Assembly: GCF_046119375.1 (NCBI RefSeq)
Contig: NW_027362761.1
Location: 571,826,001 to 571,890,000, forward strand
DNA length: 64,000 nucleotides
Direction of reading: 5' to 3'
From: Phyllobates terribilis
Lineage: Eukaryota
Positions 23,535-36,044 of the stretch are shown piece by piece. The first letter of the stretch is position 1; each line of letters begins with the position of its first letter. The translations under genes were made by a program, and so were the position numbers. Under the pieces are notes generated by a model that did no database searches, was not told the origin of the DNA, and saw only the letters and a list, made by a program, of their open reading frames with translations.

Positions 23535-24324
23535 TTAAAATGATGAATACAGATTGATGAATTTTGAGCAAAATCAAAGATGCTCCTTTTTTGGTCTTTT
23601 ATTTTTTTTGTTACAGCAAAAAGTTACATGATCCTTTAAAATTTTGCACATTAGTCTTTAACTGCGCAAAAGTAAAATAAGACAGATTTTATATTCCACT
23701 AGGAAACTGGAGTATAATTGTGCAAAAACATTTTGAAACATTTTGCAAATGATGAATTGAGCTAAAGCATCTGAAGAACGAAAACAACACCCACAAAAAA
23801 AAGACAAAACTAAGTAAAGGTAACTTAAAAAAGGTGCAAATTAAAGAAATAATAAAAGGCAATCATAAAATAGAGACATTTGTGCTCCAGAAAAAGAGGA
23901 TTAAACAGGGTCTAAGTTGCAATTTGAGACCTTTTTGCATAAAGCCATAGATTTTTTAGATTTTTTTTGTAATTATACAGTACTGTTATTTCGTGTCTTT
24001 TTTTTTTTCATTTTTGAAAGAAAGAATGCCTGAAAAATAATTCCAGGATAGTTTCTTGTTTAATATTAAAATGTGTTTTGTTAAAATAAATAGAGAATAT
24101 AACTTATTTTTAGAATATAAAATATATTTTGTGAATTTAAAATATAACTATTGTAAAAGTATACAAGTAGAGGAAGGTGTAAATGTTTTAGGTATTTTTG
24201 TAATTGTAATAAAATAGAGTAATGTGTTAATTTTATTTTATGGTGAAGCATTGTGGGTTTTGTTATTCATTTATTTTATTACAATTTTTATAATCTTTAT
24301 TTTTATCTCATTAGGGGACTTAAA

Positions 24325-24711
24325 AGGGGTTGTTCAGGCTTCGGGCTCAAGTCTGCAGTCACTTTACGTGACTGCAGACTTGTGAAGCCTCACAGGGCGC
24401 ACAGTGCCAGTGTTGGTAACAGGAGCTGGTGGGCGTGTGACTGCAACTATGCGATTTGCATACATGCGGTCACGTACCAACTAGACTTGTGCGGTCTCAT
24501 TCAATACCAGTGAATTGAGCAAGGCCGGACATGTCTTGAGTATGACCGGGAGTATGTAAATCATATGCTTCCTATCATATGATAACTCACACCCAATGTC
24601 GTCACCGGAGAATCCTGAGAGTGTGCACTGTGTGTGATGTGAGGTTTCACAAGTCTGCAGTCACATATATTGACTATAGATAGACTTGAGCCCCAAGGCT
24701 GGAAAACCCCT
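24325..24711. mobile_element. T2-type MITE
   Basis: AGGGGTTGTTCAGGCTTCGGGCTCAAGTCT...AGACTTGAGCCCCAAGGCTGGAAAACCCCT|TTAA. Confidence 0.85.
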
Positions 24712-24926
24712 TTAATGACCAGGGCTTTCATTATTTCCAACAGGCTTGCCAACTAAATATTATAGTTTGTTCTTAGTAAAAATCACAGACAATAGAGATA
24801 ATTGAATCTTTTGAAATTCAAATTCACCAGGTTTCACAATTTTTTTTTTGAATAATTAGATTTACAGCAAATTGACTTGCCACAAATCGCAATACACGTG
24901 TCTAACACTCTGAAGATTCCATTTAA

Positions 24927-25291
24927 GGCTGCGTGCCCACTATGCGTTTTTCAAGCGTTTTTGATGCGGAATTTCCGCAGCAGAAACGCTTTAAAAATGC
25001 TTGGTAATCCGTGCCCCATGATCCCCAATGAAAATCTGCATGTTCTGTGCCCATGCTGCGGAATTTTCCGCTGCGGATTTTCCCTGCGGAAAAATCCGCA
25101 GCATGTCCATTATTTGTGCGTTTCTGCAGGCGGATTTGAAGTCCCAATGCATTTGAAAGACGCAAGTCAAATCCTCATGTAAAAACGCGTCAAAAACGCA
25201 TGCAAAATCTGCAAGCGTTTTTGACTGCCAAGAACATGCAGAAACACTGCAGAAATTTTCTGCTTCATTTCTGCATCGTGGGCATATAGCC
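24927..25291. mobile_element. Palindromic GGCT-ended MITE
   Basis: TTAA|GGCTGCGTGCCCAC...GTGGGCATATAGCC|TAA, with many (T/C)GCG(T/G)(T/A)TTT motifs. Confidence 0.75.
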
Positions 25292-25310
25292 TAAAGCTTT
25301 TTTGGCTTAA

Positions 25311-25737
25311 AGGTGTTGTCCGGTCCAAAGTGTCACTCTGTGTGACTGCAGACTTATGAATCCCCCCAGTGCAAGCACTGTGCGCTGCGGGGATTCTCCG
25401 GTATGAGACCCAGGAACGGAAGGTATGTAAGTGTCATACATACCCTCGGCCATTCAGCGCCTCCTCTCTCGATTCACTTGTATGGAGCGAGGCCACGCCC
25501 GTCTAGTGACGTGGCGGCCAGTGGGTGCGTCCGACTAGAAGGCGCGGCCTCGCTCAATACAAGTCTATGGAGAGCAAGGCCACACCCACTGGCCGGGGGT
25601 ATGTATAGCACATACATACCCTTCGTTACCGGGTCTCATACTAGCAAATCCCCGCAGCTCACAGTGCGTGCGCTCGGGGGGATTCATAAGTCGCAGAGAG
25701 TGACTGCAGACTTATCACTTTTGACCGGACAACCCCT
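25311..25737. mobile_element. T2-type MITE
   Basis: TTAA|AGGTGTTGTCCGGTCCAAAG...CTTTTGACCGGACAACCCCT|TTAA, with long internal dyad symmetry. Confidence 0.88.
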
Positions 25738-27357
25738 TTAAATACAGCCTTAGTAATGTGGTGGTGGCTGGTATAGTAGCGGTGCTTCTGCTGTTACTAG
25801 CCACTCCTACTTTCTTTGCCATAGTATATTGTTTTCCTTTTACACTACCCTGTCCATTGCCATTGGTAGTTTTTCTTTTACCATACATTTTGTACAACAC
25901 TATAATTAACTTCTGACAATCTTTTCAAACTGTATTATTTATTCCTTGCCAAAAATGAGATTATAAGAAATGCTAGGTAGGTAAACAACTAAAAAGACAG
26001 TGCCTGCAACAGGGTGCTGTATTAGTGGGGTATGTACAGAGGTTTAAAAAATTGTTTGTGACACACACACTTTGTAATGTTGACAGCGGCAATAAAAATT
26101 TAGGATTCTATAACATTTTCTTTTGTGTTTTTTTTTTTTTTTAAATATCCCCCTCCTTCACAAACTGATCTAACAAGAAATGCAGAAACTCAGTTCAGTT
26201 ACTTATTATGAGCAAATACATTCTCTTTGACTGATATTGATTTCAGATTTTTTTTCCTGTAAAAAACTATTGTGCTCTCTTGCTTCTGCTTTGTAGTGCA
26301 TTAAAGATGAAATATTAAAAAAATATATAAGTGCAATTGTAATTCATTGCAGTAGGACAAATGCCAGCTATAGCATACCACTGATCAATCAAGTCAGTTA
26401 CTGCAGCTGGCACCTCTCTTATCTCTCTCCTCCTATCAATTGAGTTTGCATTATTTGCACACTGCTACACACATATTCTTCATTTCTGCAGTTATATAAC
26501 ACATTATTGTCTGAATGTTTTAGGGCTTTATATTTTTATCTCTATTGCTGAGCTGTGAGCTATGATGTCCTCTCACTATTCTAAATCACCCTTAAAATGG
26601 CTGCTGATTTCACTGCCTTTGCTTTTAGACAGGCTATGATAGTTCCTTCTGATTGGCTGTGCTAAACCATGTGATGTAATATCTGCAAAGCAGTATGGAG
26701 AAGTCCTCCGGATGCGCCTTAGGTCATGTCAGCCTTCTGTGGCTGATGCAATCTTCTGAAATGTGTAAAAAGTTGGTGGCCATTTTTTTGACGAATCAAA
26801 TAAATTGAATCGCAAATCTATCAAATTTACTGGGATCTGAGAATTTCATAAAATTCGACACTAATTCAATTTGCATAGAATCGATTCACCCTTCAAGTTA
26901 CTATGTAACTGGTAACCTGGTGCTCTCCTTTAATCTCTCTTCCAAATATTGTGACTTTTGGTGATTCCACATTAGTTTGAAGCAGCTACACCAAAATGAG
27001 TGGAGATGTGTAGGAGGTGGACCTGGACGGGGCGTGTACTCACCCTCCCATCCAATTTATTGCAAATCAAGGCATTTTCTATTCCATAAATGCTACTCAA
27101 GTCCTTGAGTCCAGTCCCTGTCAGTAGTTTTTTAGACTATAAGCTAAAGTCATCTATGTAAACCCTGAAATGTTGATTGTATATATACCTTTGTATTATA
27201 AGTCCATTTCTTCATTTTCTAGACATCGATCGACGAATGTTTATGCAGATGTGCAGCAAGGTTCTGATGACTATAGATCTGCGAATGTGCTTCAACCAGG
27301 AATGATGGTGCCTGTGAGAGACCTCAGGTGGGGAATTAGGTCACAGAAAAGAGTGAT

Positions 27358-27814
27358 AGTCAACATTCCTCCACTCAGTGTGGCGACTGGCAGCTCAGCC
27401 GTCCAATCTGAGACTGGGGCGTGCTGAGCTGTCAGTGTTGTGAGTGACAGTCCAGTCGCCCAATCAGGATGAGGGCATGCTGGGTTTCCTACAGGTGTCT
27501 CCTGTCCTGAGTGATTAGCTGGCTATTTAGCTGGCTGTATGCCTCTGATTACTGGCAGTTGTAACCTTAGCTCAGTGGTACATGTTTGCCTTGTTCTTCT
27601 GTGTTCTGTCACTGATCTATTGCTGTCTGACCTTGGATCTTGCCTTTGACCATCTGTTTGACTAACCTCTTTATCTTGATCCATTATGTTCCTGGAATTC
27701 TGACCTTGGCCTGTTACCTGACTACGCCTTTGCATTACCCCTCTTGGTATCTGACCCCGGACCTCTTGTCTACCCAGCCTCATGTCTTGACCGTGAGTAG
27801 TGACTAGAGTCACA
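27358..27814 (+). mobile_element. Solo LTR
   Basis: Homologous to 21-495, ends ...GAGTCACA, and is flanked by GTGAT / GTGAC (approximate TSD). Confidence 0.55.
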
Positions 27815-27927
27815 GTGACCTGTCAGTCACTGACAGGAGGCTGGCAGCGGGAAGAGAAAGAGGAAGAAAGGCCGGAGAGCTGTAAGTGCAGGTCATGCTC
27901 CTCCCTGCACTTGCAAGCTCATTTTGA

Positions 27928-28190
27928 GGCAGCATGGTGGCTCAGTGGTTAGCACTGTTGCTTTGCAGCACTGGGATCTTAGGTTCAAATCCCACCAAGG
28001 ACAACATCTGCAAGGAGTTTGTATGTTCTCCCCGTGTTTGCGTGGGTTTCCTCCGGGTTCTCCGATTTCCTCCCAGACTCCAAAGACATCCTGATAGAGA
28101 ATCTAGATTGTGAGCCCCAATGGGAACAATGCCGATACTTTCTGTAAAGCGCTGTGGAATTAATATCGCTATATAAGTAAGTAAATAAAT
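27928..28190 (+). mobile_element. tRNA-derived SINE (V-SINE-like) with L2-type tail
   Basis: A box TGGCTCAGTGG (27938), B box GGTTCAAATCC (27982), V-domain GGAGTTTGTATGTTCTCCCCGTGTTTGCGTGGGTTTCCTCCGGG, and tail TGTAAAGCGCTGTGGAA...GCTATATAAGTAAGTAAATAAAT. Confidence 0.85.
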
Positions 28191-29879
28191 TTGCATAAAC
28201 ATTTGCCAATGGATTTCTGAATCATAATACAAAGGTATGAATATAATCAAGATGATGCTTTTCAAAGATAACATTAGTTTAAGGGTATAAAATCCTGCTG
28301 AAAGGTTCCCTTTAGAATAATTTCAATAAAGATCCAGAATTCACTTCTGAAATCATCTGTAAATATCATCTTAATAGAAATTCTAATCAATATGATTCTG
28401 TACAGACGCGTAGAGCAGAATTTATCGGGGATGTCCACCTTTGATGTCAGGTTTTTTTTTTCTTACCTAATTGTATCTATTTTTGGCTAAAATTAAATTT
28501 GTAATTGTGTTTCATGAAAAATGTTGCACTGCTTGCCTTTTATAGGCTCTGTGTTGCACTGTCTTTTGCTGGCTGCAGAAAGAGTTAACTGAAAATATGT
28601 CAGTGAGCTCATTTTGATATCCAATGGGAGAGTTCATCTTTTATTTGTTTTTTTTTTTTGTTAGCTCCTTAGCTGATTTTTGGCCACAGGCCACATTAAA
28701 GTGCTGGGAAAGAAAGGAGCTTGTAAAAGCCAAACGATGCAAACATTTTAAAGAAATCAGATTGCAAAAATAATTATTAATCCCAAATAGATGCAGTTAA
28801 GTAAAAAAAAATGTCCCCAGAGCTGGCAATCCTTTCATGTGAATAAATTCATAATGAACTTGCCGAGCCATCATCATAATGACCCTGTAAAATCCTTTTG
28901 CTCGTATCGTGGATATTTCTTGCATTACATCTTCAAGTACATTTAAGTAATCTTCATGCTTGTTCAGATACTTGCTGGAATCTTTCAAGACTGAAAAGAA
29001 ATTTTAAAATGAATAAACGTGGCATTTTGGTGAAGACTCTTAAACATCTGCTGCTTAGTTTCTGTCGTATCAATCAATCGGCGCATCTACCAATTAAGTG
29101 GAAAAATATTTAGTGTATTTTAAATGTTGGCATATTATGTAAGAATTGGTTATGAAACAAACATGTTTTCATCAACATGCTGCTCTCTTTCGGACCGTAA
29201 AATCCAACATATGATGACTAGTGATGGGCGAGCACTAAAATGCTCGGGTGCTCGTTGCTCGGGTCGAGCACATTGGAATACTCGGGTGCTCGACCCAAGC
29301 AACGAGCCCAATGTAAGTCTATGGGAAACTCGAGCATTTTTCAGGCGGCTCCCCCCGGTGGTCTGCAGAGAGCCTAAAAATTGCCCAAATCGATGGGAAC
29401 AGTGCTCAAATGACATGGGAACAGCATGGGGAAGACCCCTGGAAGCATCTCTGACTCCCAGGTCACTGCTGTCAACAACGTTGTCAGAGTATTGCGTCAC
29501 TTTTACAGATTCACATTAAAACATACAAAAACAAAAACAAAATGGATTTTCCTGGGAAATATGTTAAGGAACATCCTTTCCAGGGTAATGACTTGTATTT
29601 AAGGCAAAATAAATAATCAAAACCAAAAAATACTCCTCCACACCTTGGGCTATGATCACACGTAGCGTTTTTGATGCATTTTTGCACTTTTGCATTGCTT
29701 TTAACAAAGACAAATGCATTCACTGGGGAATGTCATTTTAACATTTTACAACCTTATCTGGCCATGTGGTGTGTGAGACATCATCAGACACATGCATACA
29801 GTGCTGAAAAGACATGGGAACAGCATGGGGAAGACCTCTGGAAGCATCTCTGACTTCCATGTCACTGCCTGAAAGTGTG

Positions 29880-31220
29880 CCCATCCTTGGCGCATGCGAA
29901 GATGCCTCCCGCCATGCACCTGTCATTGCAGACTTGCAACAATCACCATCCATGTCCTTGTCCCAGCGCAGCGTTCAGTCGTACCTACCTCATTCCTTGG
30001 AATGCAAGCACAAGTATGCAGTCAGCCATCCACCCACCCACAGGCTGCAATACTATACTGCCAAATTTTTGACAGCTGCTTGCACTTGAAATGTGGCCTT
30101 TTAGGCTCGTGGAGGCGGAAACTTTTCATAACCTCATGCCGGCGGCGGCCGGGAGTCCATACTCGGTCCCCAGCCGCCACTGTTTCTCCTGGTGTCGTCT
30201 CCGCCTTCCACAAGCATGGGTCCCACAACATTACCCGTGCCCTCCCCAGTGCACTTACTGGGAAGGACCGCTTAACCACAAACACGTGGACAGGTGAATG
30301 TAGCCAGGGACAGTACGGAGCCAGTCCACAGATTTTTTTGCTGAGAGTTGTATTTAGCTTGGTGAAAGGACTGGCATAGAGGGAAACCGTATCTACCCTG
30401 GCTGTCATTTCTCCCAGGAAGTCCTCTAATGCAGCTTGTTGCAGAAGCAACGGCAGTTCGTCCAACATCAACTCGCACTTGTCGGTGGTGCTTTGACACA
30501 CAAACATCTTTCTTTGCACATTTAATTTCATGAATACAGAGTTGGACAATGGCCTGATCTGCAATGCAGTTTAAGAAATAACATGCATAAGCATGTCCGA
30601 TCCACATTAAAAAAGCAGCCATAGAGTGTCCGGGAACCTTCCCCCACACTTTTCTCAGCCAGGGCTGCTTCTCGGCAGGGTTGGACGGGCCCATGAGAGA
30701 ACCGGATACTCCTCTGGTGGGCCCTGCCTTCTCCTTCAGGAGAGTTCATAGTGCCGAGGTGAGGCCATGATGATGATAGAGGCCACCATCTGCTTAGTTT
30801 TCTATTACTTGGAATGCAAGCGCAAGTATGCAGCCAGCCACCCACCCACAGGCCGCAACACTTAACTGCCAGATTTCTGGGCAGCTGCTTTCACTTGAAA
30901 TATGGCCTTTTAGGCTCGTGGAGGCGGAAGCTTTTCACAACCTCATGCCGGCGGCGGACGGGTGTCCATTCTCGGTCCCCAGCTGCCACTATTTCTCCTG
31001 ATATCGTCTCCACCTTCCACAAGCACGGGTCCCATAACATTACCCATGCCCTCCCTAGTGCACTTACTGGAAAGGACCGCCTACCCACAAACACATGGAC
31101 AGGTGAATGTGGCCAGGGATGGTACGGAGCCAGTCCACAGCTTATTTTGCTGAAAGTTGTATTTAGTTCAGTGAAAGGACTGGCATAGAAAGAAACCGTA
31201 TCTACTCCGGCTGTCATTTC
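29880..31220 (+). pseudogene. Two tandem (~810-bp period) inverted fragments of the same hAT transposase region
   Basis: Plus-strand ACEDASRHAP...SMSLSQRSVQ and PFRLVEAETFHNLM...SVPSRH match the minus-strand ORF 34270-35013. Confidence 0.85.
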
Positions 31221-32602
31221 TCCGTCACCAGGTTCCGCCCATTGTCACACACGACCATGCCTGGCTATATGTTCAGTGGTGAGAGCCACAGATCAGGCTA
31301 CTGTGTTACAGCTTTCAACAACTCTGCAGCGCTGGGCGGTTTGTCAATTAAGCATTAAGCATGTTATCTTCAGCACAGCCTGTTGCCGCTTGGTCAAGGC
31401 AGTGCTGCAGTGATGTCAGCTTGTGACTGATGTGGTCATTTCGGAGATGGAGGAGGAGGTGCAGGAACTGAACAATGTGATTACATTGAGGTTAAATTGG
31501 TGATGCTGTTTTTTATACTAAAGAAAGATCCTCTTGTTTTGTTTTTTTTACGTTTTTTTTTAAGACAAATGCATTCACCGGGAAATGTCATTTTAACATT
31601 TTACAACCTTAGCTGGCAATGTGGTGTGTGACACATCATCAGACACATCCTGTTTTATTTATGATGGAGGGACTCTGAAAGTCATAAAGCCTATTTTTAT
31701 AGGGACATCAGACGGCCCTTACTATTCTTAAAAGGCCAGCAGTCGGCCCTCGCTATTGTTAGAGAGCCATCAGCCGGCTATGCTTTGTTGGTCCCATTAT
31801 TAACAAGTGGGTATCCAGTGACTGCAAGGGCAGCCAAAAATTTGGACGCAGCCCAATACCCCTTTGAAGAGACATAGAGGAGGGTCTCAGTAAAAAAATG
31901 CTCCCATTTTAAAGGAAACGGGTCTCCTATAGTGGTAATGCCCATGCTGTGACTGCAAGGGCTGCCAAAATTTGGGAGAAACCCCACTAAGAATTTAAAG
32001 ACACATAGAGCAGGGCCACAGTAATGACAAATTCCCATTAGAAAGGAGAGAGTCTGCTGTACAGTTATAGGGTATGCAGTGAGTCCAACGGCTGACGAAT
32101 TTTAGGAAAAACCGCACTAAGAATTTAAAGACACATAGTGCAGGGCCACAGTAACGACAAATTCCCATTAGATGGGAGAGAGATAGTGTTGGCCTATGCA
32201 GTGAATGCAAGGGCTGCCAAAAATTTGGAGGCACTTCAATGCCCCTTGGAAGAGACGTGGAGGAGGGCCTCATAAAAAAAATGTTCCCATTAGAAAGGAG
32301 CGGGCCTCCTATACTATTAATGCCTATGCACTAACTGTATGGGCTGACAAACATTTACCCCTGGGGGGTATACATGAACATACTGTATAAAAAATTTTTT
32401 TTACGGGCAACACCCTTTAAAAAATTATGTGGGTGTTGCATCACGGACCACGGTCACCCTGGTGATAAGGTGGAGGAGGATGAGGATGAGGAGAAGGAGG
32501 AGGACAAGAGCAAATAGTCAAAATCAGGAAGCTTATACCCATGTGTGGGTGTGAAAAGGTGCATGGGAATACACTTCCCAAGAAAAGACACTGGATTTGA
32601 GT

Positions 32603-35160
32603 TTATGTTACGCTGCTATCATTCGGTGGTGTTGAAAACTCTGGCCCAATCCAGCCATTGTTCATTTTTATAAGAGTCAGCCTGTCAGCATTTTCAGTTG
32701 ACATGCGAATGCGCTTATCAGTTATAATTCCACCAGCGGCACTAAAAACCCGCTCTGATAAAACGCTGGCGGTAGGGCAGTCCAGGACCTCCAAGGCATA
32801 GAGAGCCAGTTCATTCCACGTATCCAGCTTGGATACCCAATAATTATAAGGCACAGCGGAATCACGAAAGACGTTGGTGCGGTCGGCAAGGTATTCCCTC
32901 AGCATCTTCCCAAACTTTGCACTCCTTGTGAGAGTACCCCGCGCCTCAGGGCCTGTGCGATGGGCAGGTCTGAGAAAACTCTCCCAGAACTTTGACAATG
33001 TTCCCCTGCCTCTGCAGGATTGAAGTTGTGTCTCTCTCGCCTGTACTCCTTGGTTGTCCCTCTGCCGCCAGCGTTTTCAGATGGGAATTTTTTTTAATAG
33101 TTCCGCAACAAGGGCCTTCTGGTACAGCCCCATTTTTGTAGACCTGTCCGACTCAAGAATAAGAGATATAAAGTTCTCCTTGTAGCGTGGGTCTAGAAGT
33201 GTCACCAACCAATAATGACTGTCACCCAAAATTTTGAGAATGCAAGGGTCATGGGAAAGGCAGCGTAACATAAACTCAGCCATGCGTGCCAGACTACTAA
33301 CAGGCAAAACTTCCGTGTCCTCACCAAGTGGATGACTGACCATGCTTTCCTCCTCCTCCTCTCTGTCCTCTGGCCATCCACGCTGAACAGACGGTGTGAC
33401 AGCTGTGCAGGTAGTACCGTCTATAGTGCATGAAACTAGCTCCTGTCCTTCCTCCTCCTCCTCCTCTTCCTCATTGTCACCCAATCCACGTTGGGATGAG
33501 ATGAGGCTTGGCTGTGTGTAATCACCCTGTATGATTCCTTGCTCCATCTCATCGTGCTCCGCCTGCAATGCATCCTATTTGATTGTGAGCAGAGAGCTTT
33601 TCAGAAGACAGAGAAGCGGGATGGTGACGCTAATTATGGCATCATTGCCGCTCACCATCTTGGTGGAGTCCTCAAAGTTTTGGAGGATGGTACATATGTC
33701 TGACATCCATGTCCACTCCTGAGGTCTTATGTGTGGAGTCTGAACTGAATACCGACGGCCTTGTTGATGCTGGTGCTCAACAACTGCCCTCTTCTGCTCA
33801 CAAATCCTTCACAACATCTGCAGTGTAGAGTTCCGATGCTTGGGAACATCACACACCAGTCTGTGAGCCGTAAGCCGCAAACGTTGCTGAAACAAGGCAA
33901 GGGCGGCGGAAGCTGCAGCTGACTTCATAAAATGGACACAAAGGCAGTGTACTTTAACAAGCAGATCTGGCAGCTCCAGGTAGTATTTGAGAAACCGCTG
34001 AACCATGAGGTTAAGCACATGGGCCAGGCATGGTACGTGTGTGAGCTCGCCTCACCACAGAGCCGCCACCATGTTACGGCCAATGTCACACACGACCATG
34101 CCTGGCTGTAGGTTCAGCGGTGTGAGCCACAGATCTTCCTGCTTTTTCAGAGCTGTCCACAACTCTTCAGCATTGTGCGTTTTGTCACCTAAGCATATTA
34201 GCTTCAGCACAGCCTGTTGCCGCTTGGCCGAGGCAGTGCTGCAGTGCTTCCAGCCTGTGACTGATGTGGTCATTTCGGAGATGGAGGCTGAAGAGGAGGA
34301 GGAGGCTGACGACAATGAGGTGCAGGAGCTGTTGACGCAGGGGAAACCCTGATTGACCTAGGACCCGCAATCCTTGGCGTCGGGAGGACGTGTTCCGTCC
34401 CAAGGTCCGACTGGGTCCCGGCTTCCACTATGTTAACCCAGTGTGCCGTCAGCGAGATGTCCCGTCCCTGCCCACAAGCACTTGTCCATGTGTCTGTGGT
34501 TAGATGGACTTTCCCGGTAACTGCATTGTTGAGGGCACGGCTAATGTTTTGGGACACGTGCTTGTGTAATGCGGGGACGGCACATCGGGAGAAATAGTGG
34601 CGGCTGGGGACCGAGTACCGAGGGATGGCCGCCGCCATCAGGTTGCGGAATTCTTCTGTCTCCACGAGCCTAAAAGGCAACATTTCGAGTGCAAGCAGTC
34701 GTGAAATGTGAGAATTTAGTAGTGTGGCCTGTGGGGTGTTGGCTGCATATTTGCGCTTGCGTTCCAAGGACTGGGGTATGGACAACTGAACGCTGCACTG
34801 GGACAAGGACATGGACGTGCTTCCTGATGCTTCTACTTGAGAGTGCCCAACGACAGGTGCAGAGCAGGAGGCATCTTCGCATGCACCATGGACAGGGGAT
34901 TGGCTTGCATGCACAATAGCAGAAGAAGCAATGATGCCTCCTGCAGACACTGTTCCTGGACCCTGGGGTTCGACCCATAAAGTGGGGTGCTTTGCTGCCA
35001 TGTGCCTGATCATGCTGGTGGTGGTTAGGCTGGTCGTTTTGCCACCCCTGCTGATGCTGGCCTGGCCTTTTTGGGGTTATCGGCAGAGTCTTTAAAAAAC
35101 AACCAGATTCAGGAAGACCTAACAGTTGCACTGGCAACTTCTTTCGTGTTGGTGTTACAG
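32603..35160 (-). pseudogene. BED-finger hAT transposase pseudogene
   Basis: Partial BED finger (IWLFFKD...SMIRHMAAKHP, CxxC deleted), VHLTTDTWTS, VVCDIGRN, CLAH, and SVLSERVFSAAGG. There are several frameshifts and stops, and the RWNST motif is mutated. Confidence 0.9.
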
Positions 35161-35162
35161 GG

Positions 35163-35225
35163 CAGTGGTGGATTAAGAGTAGCAAGGGTCCCGGGCAGTT
35201 TAGAAGGCGCGGGCCCACCCCCCTC
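35163..35225. mobile_element. Terminus of a CAGTGG-ended hAT-like MITE
   Basis: CAGTGGTGGATTAAGAGTAGCAAGGGTCCCGGGC...GGGCCC. It lies exactly where hAT coding homology stops. Confidence 0.45.
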
Positions 35226-35576
35226 CTCACACACACACCTGATGCATCACATGTCACATGTGTACTGATTCCTGTGTACTGATTCCTGGCTTTTCCTGAT
35301 TACGCTACCTGCCAGTGCTGCCTCTAGTGGTTTCAATACTTCTACTCTAACCCAGGTCAGTTCCTAACAAGTTCTTTGGCAATCCACTGCCCCGAGTTAT
35401 TATAGGCTCACGTTGTCCCTAGCAGCCTAGAATTTGCAACTGCTGCTGTCACCTTTTACTACTCCTCTCAACTGACTGTAAGTTCCTGGACTGGGCACCA
35501 ACTTTCAGTTCCCCTTCCCCCATCCGGCCATTACAGTTAACCCTGTCTTAGCTAAACTGCAGCCCAATAGGGTCCT

Positions 35577-35996
35577 TGTTAGAACCTTGCTCTTAGGTTT
35601 TTTCCTTTGCTGGTCACATGACCTTGTTGGCCTATTTAATCCTGCTCCGCCCTTCTGGCTTTGCTGGACTTCATTGTATAACTACTTTCTAGCTAGCCTG
35701 TGCTCTGTATCTAACTCTGTTAGTTTGCTTGGTCTACGGACCTCTATGTTCTATATATTTTGTTTGTTCGTCTGTCTGCTACTATTTCTGTTAGGAGGTG
35801 TTCCATTTTCCTCCCAGTCCTTAGTACTTGTAGGGATTCCTTCCCCACATCTATAGGTCTCCGTACAGACTAGCTTAGGACTTTAGCAGGTCTGATCGCA
35901 GGATCAGGTCCCCTGTTACATCGTAGGGATTAAGCTGAGTTCTATCGTAGGGACAGATCTCCTCTCTTTCCTTAGCTCTGGTAGCAGAACATAACA
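35577..35996 (+). repeat. 5' LTR (420 bp)
   Basis: TGTTAGAACC...ATAACA; TATA-like TATTTAA at 35633. Confidence 0.97.
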
Positions 35997-36044
35997 GTAA
36001 GTCCAGCCTGCAAATTCTCTAAGGAAAGATTTTTCTGTTCCATC

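Larger units (their letters stand above)
29219..35160 (-). mobile_element. hAT transposon, 3' end intact, 5' end missing
   Basis: TAGTGATGGGCGAGCAC terminus with CTCG(G/A)G subterminal motifs, tandem subterminal repeats at ~31760-32280, and a fragmented transposase. Confidence 0.85.

Noticed and set aside
27222-27312. Possible 91-bp plus-strand exon (HRSTNVYADVQQGSDDY...)
   Set aside because: Plausible splice sites, but no recognisable protein and no consistent partner exons.
27928-28000. tRNA gene
   Set aside because: The A/B boxes run into a V-domain and L2-type tail, and there is no complete cloverleaf; this is a SINE head.
14711-35160. Domesticated PGBD4 or ZBED host genes
   Set aside because: Both carry stops or frameshifts and retain transposon termini and subterminal repeats.
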